From Planctomycetota bacterium (GTDB taxonomy: Bacteria; Planctomycetota; B15-G4; SIAN01): a stretch of DNA of 64,000 nucleotides. Where the stretch lies: contig JANNXA010000028.1 of NCBI GenBank assembly GCA_031409275.1, positions 1-64,000 of the forward strand, read 5' to 3'. The notes under the pieces are model-generated. The model was not told where the DNA came from and did no database searches. It saw only the letters and a list, made by a program, of their open reading frames with translations. Shown here in pieces: positions 28,979-36,321 of the stretch. The position numbers and the translations under genes are program-made. Within the stretch, counting starts at the first letter, position 1, and each line of letters begins with the position of its first letter.

Positions 28979-31245
28979 TGGCCGCCTCCATAGAGCAGAG
29001 CGCAGCCGACGTGGATCGCCACCAGCAGGACCATCAGCGCGGCGAGCCAGCGGTGGAAGAAGCGCCAGGTCGACACGATGGCGCGCAGCTCTTCGAATCG
29101 CGCGAGCATCAGCGCCGCGCGATGGGCGCGCCGCGCCAGCGCCAACGCGCGCTTCACGTCCGCCGGAGCGACTCCATCACGAGCCCCTTGCTCGGCCAGG
29201 ACGCGCAACGCGCGGCGCAGCGAACGTTGGGTCGCCATCAGCGCGCCGATCCGGTGGAGGAAGCTGCCGCGCCACGGCTGCGCTTCGATGAGCTCCAGCA
29301 CGTTCGCCCGCGCTCGCGCGAAGAAGGGCGGCTCGTTTCCGTTCGCGCTGGCGATCGCGGCGAGCTTCGCGCGCGACTCGGCCAGCGCCAGTTCACGCCC
29401 GTTCGCGGCGCGCGGCAGCCAGGCGTAGAGGTAGCGGCCGACCGCGCCCGTCAGCAGCAGCAACCCGATCGCCGCAAAGGCGTGGCCGCCGACGCTGTCG
29501 CGCGGGTCGAGCGCGGCATGCAACGCCACCAACAGGAACGCGAGGATGCCCGTGGCGACATGGCTGGTCATCCACGCCCGCAGCGATCCGAGTGCGAAGC
29601 GGCCGCGTGCGGCGCGCCGCACCACGTAGAGCAGGTTGATGACGACGAGCGCCGACGCCGCGATGCCGAAGGCGAGCCCAAGACCGGTGCCCGGCCGCAG
29701 CCAGCCGTGCTGCGGATGGAGCGGGCGCAGCGTGGCCGACAGCGCGTAGTAGTCGCGATGCCACAGCGCGAAGGCGAAGGCGCCGATCGCCAGCGCGAAG
29801 CCGATGGCCAGCGCACGCAGGACACCGCTGCCTTGCTCGACGACCGCGCGTGGCGGCGGGCGCAGTTCCGGATCGAACGAGACCCCGGCGCGTTCGAGCA
29901 GCGGGAAGGGCGGCGTGCCGCCGGCCAGGACGATGACTTCGTCGTTCGCGAACTCGAGCGGTTCGACCACTTCTCCGCGGCGCAGCGCGACCTCGACTCG
30001 TTCCGGCGTGATTGCGGTGACGTCGCTCGACAGCAGCAGCTTCACGCGGTGGGCGCGCACCTGCGCGTCGAGTCGCGCCTGGCTGTCGGGGCGCAAGCGG
30101 AAGAAACCGTCCTGCCGGTACGACAGGGTGACTTCCGTGCCGGTCTGCTCGGCCAGTCCGACCGCGGCTTCGACGGCACTCTCGCCGCCGCCGACCACCA
30201 ACACTCGACGACGCTCAAAGGCGCGGGCGTCCTGCAGCGCGTAGGCGACCTTGTCGAGCTCTTCGCCGGGCACGCCGAGTCGACGCGGCAGACCGCGGCG
30301 CCCGATGGCGAGGCAGGCGAAGCGTGCGCGGACCGCGGTGCGCGACGTCACGAGCTCGAACGTGCCATCGACGCCGCGGTGCACATCGCGCAGTTCATGT
30401 CCGTGCTCGATGGGCAGGGCGTGCTGCGCCGCGATCTGCTGCCACAGCAGGACCAGCTCCTCCTTGGCGAACTCGGTGCGCTCGATGCGGCCGTGCAGCG
30501 GAAGCTCGATCGGCGCGGTGACGACGAGTTTCTTGCGCGGGTATTTGGCGACCGTGCCGCCCAGCGTCGGCTCGTGCTCCAGCACGACGAAGGTGAGGCC
30601 GAGCCGCTTCGCTTCAAGTGCGGCGGCGAGGCCGGCCGGTCCGGCGCCGACGATGGCGAGGTCGAGCGTCGTGGTCGAGTCGGTGCGCGCGCGCGTGTGG
30701 GCGTCGGGCGCAAGTCGGCGCGCGACCTCAGCGACGACGCTCGTGCCCTGGGCGATGGCGACATGGATCAGCGCGTGCGCCGTCACTTCGCCCGCGAGGA
30801 AGATCCCTGGCATGCCGATCGCTTCGAGCGCTGGCGACAACGCCGGGATGTCGCGCCGCTGGCCCGCATCGGTGAGCGCCACGGTGATCGCTCCGACGGG
30901 GCATTCGCGTTCGCACGCGGCGTGGCCGACGCAGCGCGCGCCATTCACGACGGCGGCCTGGCCGTGGACCATCTGCAGCACGCCCTCTTCGGGGCACGCC
31001 TCGACGCACTTGCCGCAGCCCAGACAGCGCGACAGGTCGACGAACGGATGCTGCAGCTGCGCGCGCTGGCTGCCGCGGCGTTGCGCATCGCGCCGCTGCG
31101 CGACGGTGCGTTCCATCTCGGCGAGCTCGCGGCGTCGCGCCCACGCCGCCAACAGCGCGAAGGCGAGCGCCGCGACGATCGCGGCCAGGAGGAGGTAGGC
31201 CCCGTTCAGATGGAGCTCGGCACGCGGAAAGTCGCGGAGGATCAG
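28975..31245 (-). CDS. Membrane-anchored 2x[4Fe-4S] / FAD-NAD(P)H oxidoreductase (TrxR/YpdA-like fold) fused to a His-containing ferric-reductase/cytochrome-b-like TM domain; start uncertain (CTG 31245 or 31209; ORF track 31152)
   Basis: CLGCGKCVEACP, CVGHAACERECP, GIFLAGE, IVGAGPAG, VVGGGESA, SYRQ. TM helices with WMTSH, LHAA, FHRW, IHVG. Confidence 0.88.
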   Translation of the reverse strand: MILRDFPRAELHLNGAYLLLAAIVAALAFALLAAWARRRELAEMERTVAQRRDAQRRGSQRAQLQHPFVDLSRCLGCGKCVEACPEEGVLQMVHGQAAVVNGARCVGHAACERECPVGAITVALTDAGQRRDIPALSPALEAIGMPGIFLAGEVTAHALIHVAIAQGTSVVAEVARRLAPDAHTRARTDSTTTLDLAIVGAGPAGLAAALEAKRLGLTFVVLEHEPTLGGTVAKYPRKKLVVTAPIELPLHGRIERTEFAKEELVLLWQQIAAQHALPIEHGHELRDVHRGVDGTFELVTSRTAVRARFACLAIGRRGLPRRLGVPGEELDKVAYALQDARAFERRRVLVVGGGESAVEAAVGLAEQTGTEVTLSYRQDGFFRLRPDSQARLDAQVRAHRVKLLLSSDVTAITPERVEVALRRGEVVEPLEFANDEVIVLAGGTPPFPLLERAGVSFDPELRPPPRAVVEQGSGVLRALAIGFALAIGAFAFALWHRDYYALSATLRPLHPQHGWLRPGTGLGLAFGIAASALVVINLLYVVRRAARGRFALGSLRAWMTSHVATGILAFLLVALHAALDPRDSVGGHAFAAIGLLLLTGAVGRYLYAWLPRAANGRELALAESRAKLAAIASANGNEPPFFARARANVLELIEAQPWRGSFLHRIGALMATQRSLRRALRVLAEQGARDGVAPADVKRALALARRAHRAALMLARFEELRAIVSTWRFFHRWLAALMVLLVAIHVGCALLYGGGQ

Positions 31246-32018
31246 CCGTTCGAGCGCGGTGGGGTGGCGGTCTTCGGCGTGGTCGCGGGCTTCGCGGCGG
31301 GCCTGGTCGCCCCCTTCTTCGCCGGCACCGCAGCCGGCGTCGGCTCCGGCTCAGCCGCGCTCTCCGCGAGCGTCGGCAGCGCGACGGCGGCGACGTATTC
31401 CTGCGCCGCCGACTGGCAGGCGAGCAGTTGCGCGTCGAGGTTCTGCGTCGCCGCCGAGATGGTGGCGACGTCCTGGCGCAACGCCGCCGCGGAACCGGCG
31501 TTCAGGTCGTGCTTCAGGAACAGCACGCAATCGGCGAGTTGCTGGTGCACGCCGGCGAACGCCGCTTGCGCCGGGTCGACCGTCTCGACGATCGCGTCGT
31601 AACGCTGGCGCGTCTTCGCCAGGCGGTTCTGGCTGCGCAGCCGCAGCTCCAGGTTGGTGAAGGCGTCGAGGTCGGCGGCCCAGCGCTTGAACACCGGGTC
31701 GGCCAGCGACTTCATCTTCTTCACTTCGAGGTCGAATGCGGCCAGCTGCTTGCCCGAGGCGTCAACGGCCGACGCGGCGGCGGCGTAGGCGCCGACCACG
31801 TCGTCACCGAAGTCGAGCGAGACGAGCGAGTGCAGCTCGAGCAGCGCGTTGTGCAGTTTCTCCTGCGCGAGCTCGGAGCCGGTGTGGACGACTTCGATCG
31901 CGGTGACCAGCTGGTCGACCTGGACGAGGCTGTCCCCTTTCGACGGCGCCGCACATCCGGCAGCGCCCGCCAGTGCGAGGGCCAGGGAGGCGGAGTGGAT
32001 CCAACGGAGTTGCAGCAC
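31242..32018 (-). CDS. DUF2959-family coiled-coil lipoprotein
   Basis: Lipobox AAGC; VFKRWAADL...LRLRSQNRL.KTRQRY...VLFLKHDLNA pattern. Confidence 0.75.
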   Translation of the reverse strand: MLQLRWIHSASLALALAGAAGCAAPSKGDSLVQVDQLVTAIEVVHTGSELAQEKLHNALLELHSLVSLDFGDDVVGAYAAAASAVDASGKQLAAFDLEVKKMKSLADPVFKRWAADLDAFTNLELRLRSQNRLAKTRQRYDAIVETVDPAQAAFAGVHQQLADCVLFLKHDLNAGSAAALRQDVATISAATQNLDAQLLACQSAAQEYVAAVALPTLAESAAEPEPTPAAVPAKKGATRPAAKPATTPKTATPPRSNG

Positions 32019-32237
32019 GGTTCGCTCCTCGCGGGAATGCCGGCGCGACCCGCGTGGCCCGCGCTGGCGAGCCCTGCTTCGACCGCGAGTACGCGACGCT
32101 TGAGCGCGGCGAATTCGTTTCCCGTCGCCGGAGCGGTCGACGGCGTGATCGACCGGCCGACGATCCGTGGCGCGGCGTGTCGGTGGGCGCAGCCGGTCGA
32201 ACGCAGCGAGCGCTTTGCCAGTCGCGCCCAGTCGCGC

Positions 32238-32945
32238 TCAGTCGCGCGGCGCTTCGCCTGCGTGGATGGCCCGCTCGCGCGCGATGCGGCGACGCTCGCG
32301 GATCACCTCGATGACCGCCGGCAGGACTGAGAGGAAGATGACGACGAAGATGATCGGGTGCAGGTACTTCTCGACCGTGCCGGCGCCGTACTTCGAGTTG
32401 ATCGCGGTTGCGCCGTAGTAGCCGAGCAGCAGCATCGAGCTCACCCAGCCGACGCCGCCGACGACGTTGAAGAGCGCGAAACGGCGGTAGTCCATGCCGG
32501 CGGCGCCCGCGACGGTCGGCGCGAACGTGCGCACGATCGGGACGAAGCGGGCGATGACGATCGTCTTGCCACCGTAGCGCTCGTAGAACGAGTGCGCCTT
32601 CTCGATGTGCTTGCGTTTGAAGAGCAGCGAGTCGTTCTTCTTGAAGAGTGCCGGCCCGAGCTTCGCTCCGATCAGGAAGCCGAGCGCGTCGCCGACCACC
32701 GCCGCGACGCAGGTGACGCCCAGCATCGACCAGATGTTGATCTCGTCGGGCTTGCCCACCAGCGAGGCCACCACGATCCCGGCGGTCACCAGCAACGAAT
32801 CGCCGGGCAGGAAGAAGCCGATCAGAAGGCCCGTCTCAATGAACACGATCGTCGCGATGGCGAACGTGCCGTACTCGTGCACGAGGCGCTGGATCCCCTC
32901 GGCGCTGAGGTAGTCGTGGTAGAGCTGTCGCAGCAGGTCGAGCAT
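32238..32945 (-). CDS. DedA/VTT family membrane protein
   Basis: FIETGLLIGFFLPGDSLLVTAG, FYERYGGKTIVIARFVPIVRTFAPTVAG. Confidence 0.93.
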   Translation of the reverse strand: MLDLLRQLYHDYLSAEGIQRLVHEYGTFAIATIVFIETGLLIGFFLPGDSLLVTAGIVVASLVGKPDEINIWSMLGVTCVAAVVGDALGFLIGAKLGPALFKKNDSLLFKRKHIEKAHSFYERYGGKTIVIARFVPIVRTFAPTVAGAAGMDYRRFALFNVVGGVGWVSSMLLLGYYGATAINSKYGAGTVEKYLHPIIFVVIFLSVLPAVIEVIRERRRIARERAIHAGEAPRD

Positions 32946-33155
32946 GGAGGGATGGGTCGCATCGAGAGAGGGTAGGTGAGGCGCCGCGAATGGCACGGCG
33001 CGGCATCTTGCCGGCCGCGCGCGAAGGCAGAAGCACATCCCGCTTCGACGCGGTCGCGCCGGCGGGTGAAGCGACCGAGCGATGGACGGTGCCGCTCGGC
33101 AAGCGCTTCCGGGTCGAGGTTGCCCGGTCGGCGCGCTCCGCGCCTTTGCAGGCCC

Positions 33156-33184
33156 TTGCTCAGCTTTGCAACGCAAAGTAAGTT
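33156..33184 (+). promoter_or_regulatory. Putative sigma70 promoter (TTGCTC-17bp-TAAGTT) with palindromic operator CTTTGC-AAC-GCAAAG in the spacer
   Basis: -35 at 33156-33161, dyad at 33164-33178, -10 at 33179-33184, extra half-site CTTTGCA at 33144. Confidence 0.6.
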
Positions 33185-33297
33185 CGAGTCCGTGCCATGG
33201 CGGGCTCGAAGCGCGTTCGCTCCGAGTCGATCGGTTTCTCGAGAGGCGCTCGCGACGGACTGCGGTCCGTACCGACGCTTCGTCGGTTGGAGCCTCC

Positions 33298-34851
33298 ATG
33301 CCCGCGTCCCACGCCTCGGTCGCGCCGCGCGAGTTGCGCGTCGCGCCGCTGCTCGATCCGCTCGCCACCGTCGCGATGCCGCGAGCTCGCTATGCGCTGC
33401 TGATCAACCCGTTCTATGCCAAGGACCCGCACGCGAGCTTCGGCAAGCACGTGCTGACGCCGACGCTCGCGCTGACCAGCATCGCCGCGTCGACGCCGCC
33501 CGACTGGAGCGTCGCGCTCTGGGACGAGAACCTGTTGCAGGGCCCCCCGCCGCGCGACCCCTTCCCGCAGATCGTGGGCATCTCGGTCCATCTCACCTTC
33601 GCGCGGCGCGCGTTCGAGCTCGCCGCCTGGTACCGCGCGCGTGGCGCCAAGGTGGTGTTGGGCGGCTTGCACGTGCTGTCGTGTCCCGAGGAGTGCGCGC
33701 CGCATGCCGACGCGCTGGCGATCGGCGAAGGGGTGCAGCTCTGGGGCACGATCCTGCGCGACGCTGCGGCGGGGAAGCTGCAATCGCGCTACGTCGGCCG
33801 TTTTGACAAGCCCTATCGCGACGACCCGCCGCCGCGTCGCGACCTGCTGCCGCGCGACAGCTTCCTCACGACGGCGAGCCTCATCGCGACCCGCGGCTGC
33901 CACAACCGCTGCGGCTTCTGCTACCTCGCCACCGATGGACTGCACGTGCCCTACCACATGCGCGACGTCGAGCAGGTCGTCGCCGAGTTCGCCGCGACCG
34001 GCCAGCCGTACGGCGTCTTCGTCGACAACAACCTCGGCTCGCGTCCCGACTACTTGAGGGAACTGTGCACCGCGTTGCGCCCGCTGCAGAAGATCTGGAG
34101 CGCCGCGATCTCGATCGACGCCACGGATGACCCCTCGCTGGTCCGCGCGATGGCGCTGGCGGGTTGCACGGGCGTCTTCGTCGGCTTCGAGTCGCTCGAC
34201 GGCACGAACCTCGACGAGGCGCGCAAGAAGACGCCGCGACCCGAGGAGTACGCGCGCCGCGTGGCGATCCTGCACGACCACGGCATCCAGGTGAACGGCA
34301 GTTTCGTGCTGGGCTTCGACCACGACCGGCCCGACGTCTTCGCCCGCACCGCGGACTGGATCGAGCGCAATCGCCTCGAATGCGCCACGTTCCACATCCT
34401 CACGCCCTATCCCGGCACGCCGCTCTTTCGCCAGATGGAGGCGGAAGGCCGCCTGCTCCATCGCGACTGGTCGCGCTACGACACCGCGCACGTCGTCTAC
34501 CGGCCGCGCCACATGAGCGAGGAGCAGCTCGCCGACGGCTACGCATGGTGCTACCGACGCCTCTTCTCGGCAGCGTCGATCTGGCGACGCCGCCCGACCG
34601 ACGCGAGCGCGGTGCTGCCGTACCTCGCGATGTCATGGCTCTACAAGCGCAGCAACCCGCTCTGGCATCTGCTGATTCGCCAGCGCCTGGTCGCACGCGT
34701 GTGGCGACCGCTGGTGGAGATCACGCGCCGCCGCCACCTGCGCTTCCGCGCGCGACTCGAGCGGCGCCCGCTGCCGTGCCCGCACGAACTCGGCGCCGCA
34801 GCGCCCCTCGTCGGATGGCGCGCCGCGAGCGTCGTGAGCGCCGGGGTGTGA
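33298..34851 (+). CDS. B12-binding-domain radical SAM protein
   Basis: VVLGGLH, TRGCHNRCGFC (CxxxCxxC), FVDNN, VGFES, GSFVLGFDHD, LTPYPGTPLF. Confidence 0.9.
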   Translation: MPASHASVAPRELRVAPLLDPLATVAMPRARYALLINPFYAKDPHASFGKHVLTPTLALTSIAASTPPDWSVALWDENLLQGPPPRDPFPQIVGISVHLTFARRAFELAAWYRARGAKVVLGGLHVLSCPEECAPHADALAIGEGVQLWGTILRDAAAGKLQSRYVGRFDKPYRDDPPPRRDLLPRDSFLTTASLIATRGCHNRCGFCYLATDGLHVPYHMRDVEQVVAEFAATGQPYGVFVDNNLGSRPDYLRELCTALRPLQKIWSAAISIDATDDPSLVRAMALAGCTGVFVGFESLDGTNLDEARKKTPRPEEYARRVAILHDHGIQVNGSFVLGFDHDRPDVFARTADWIERNRLECATFHILTPYPGTPLFRQMEAEGRLLHRDWSRYDTAHVVYRPRHMSEEQLADGYAWCYRRLFSAASIWRRRPTDASAVLPYLAMSWLYKRSNPLWHLLIRQRLVARVWRPLVEITRRRHLRFRARLERRPLPCPHELGAAAPLVGWRAASVVSAGV

Positions 34852-34975
34852 GCGCAGCCGCGTGCGCGCCGCCGCGGCCTGCGACCTTCCAGCGTTCTTG
34901 TAGAACACGCCCGCGACGAGCGCCTCGGGAGCGGGCGTTCCGCGTTCGTGAACGGGCCAACGAAGGGCGAGCCGG

Positions 34976-35446
34976 ATGAGCTACGACCACACGCAACAGG
35001 GCGTTCTGCATCGCTGGTTTACGGCGATCGGGGCGCTGGAAGTGGTGGCCGCGGCGGTGGTGGGGTCGGTGGTGGCGGGCGGGGAGGGGCGCGCCATTGC
35101 GTTGATCCTGGCAGCGAGCGGCCTCTTCTTCGTGCTGGTCAGCGGCACCCTCTCCTGGTTGCGCGTCCATGACGATGGCGATGCGTTACGCATCGCGTTC
35201 GGGCCGATCGCCCTCTTCCGTCGCCGCGTTCCCTACGCATCGATGCGTGGCGCGAAGTCGATCGCCACCGACTGGCACCACGGCATTGGGATCCACTCTG
35301 CGCCCGGCGGCGGATGGACATGGAACATCCGCGGCCGCGAGGCGGTCGAGGTGACGTTGGAGCGCGGCCGCCTCCTGATCGGCACTGACGACCCGCAGGG
35401 ACTCGTCGACTTCCTGAAGAAGCGCGCCCGGCTCCCGAACGGTTGA
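34976..35446 (+). CDS. Hypothetical membrane protein (2 TM plus PH-like soluble domain)
   Basis: Two hydrophobic helices, then GWTWNIRG...LLIGTDDP. Confidence 0.7.
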   Translation: MSYDHTQQGVLHRWFTAIGALEVVAAAVVGSVVAGGEGRAIALILAASGLFFVLVSGTLSWLRVHDDGDALRIAFGPIALFRRRVPYASMRGAKSIATDWHHGIGIHSAPGGGWTWNIRGREAVEVTLERGRLLIGTDDPQGLVDFLKKRARLPNG

Positions 35447-35531
35447 GCCGCCTGTTCCCGGACGGCCCGTGTAGGGTGCGCGCGTCGCGACGATCGCGAC
35501 GACGAGGTCGTCCAGATCTGGAGCAGGCGCG

Positions 35532-36230
35532 ATGACCGACGGGACGGCGGTGGATTCGGATCGCCTGAACGCGAGCGCCGCCGATCGTGCAGCGGGCGGG
35601 CTGCTATGCAGCGCTTCGCTGCTGTCGGTGGTGCTGATGATGTTCCACCCGATGATCCGCTCGCACGGCATCGCCGACGTGCTGGCCGAGATCGCCCGCA
35701 AGGCGCTGCGCGATCGCGTCGTTCATGGCGGCCTGATGGCGTTGACGCTGCTCCTGGCGTGCGGCTGGTGGCGGCTGCTCGAGCGACTCGAACTGCGCCG
35801 CACCACGGTGAAGCTCGCCGCGATCGCGCTGGTCGTCGGAACGCTCGGCTACCTCGGCGCGGCGCTGGTGAACGGATTCGTGCTGCCCGGTCTCGCGGAT
35901 CGCTACCTCGGACGGCCCGCCGAGGAGATGGCCGGCGCGGTCGATCTGCTGCGGCTATGCGGTGAGTTCAACCAGGCGCTCGCGAAGCTCGGCGTCGTCG
36001 GGTTTGCCGCGGCGTTGCTGTTCGCCTCCGCAGCGATGGTGCAGGGCGGGCGCGCACTCACGCTCGGTCGCGCGGGCCTCGGGCTCGGCGCGCTCCTTGC
36101 CGTCGCCATCGTCAGCGGCCTGTTGCCGCTCCACGTGCATGGGATGCTCGCCGTCGTCTTGGTTCAGTCGATCTGGAACGGCACCGCTGGCTGGAAGTTG
36201 CGCGCCGGCGCGCTCGAGCCAGCGCGCTGA
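35532..36230 (+). CDS. Hypothetical polytopic membrane protein with intramembrane His residues
   Basis: About 6 TM helices; FHP, VHGG, LHVHG. Confidence 0.7.
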   Translation: MTDGTAVDSDRLNASAADRAAGGLLCSASLLSVVLMMFHPMIRSHGIADVLAEIARKALRDRVVHGGLMALTLLLACGWWRLLERLELRRTTVKLAAIALVVGTLGYLGAALVNGFVLPGLADRYLGRPAEEMAGAVDLLRLCGEFNQALAKLGVVGFAAALLFASAAMVQGGRALTLGRAGLGLGALLAVAIVSGLLPLHVHGMLAVVLVQSIWNGTAGWKLRAGALEPAR

Positions 36231-36238
36231 AACGAACC

Positions 36239-36272
36239 GCGGCGGGAGGGCTTCTTCAGCCGCTCCCGCCGC
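36239..36272. terminator. GC-rich hairpin between convergent genes
   Basis: GCGGCGGGAG...CTCCCGCCGC stem; no clear U-tract. Confidence 0.4.
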
Positions 36273-36321
36273 GCATGAGTTCAAGGCTTCTGCGCCGCAG
36301 CGGGCGGCGCGGCTGCTCCGC

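Noticed and set aside
33298..36230. RiPP or natural-product cluster around the B12 radical SAM gene
   Set aside because: No precursor peptide, SPASM/RRE domain, dedicated transporter or other tailoring genes identified nearby.
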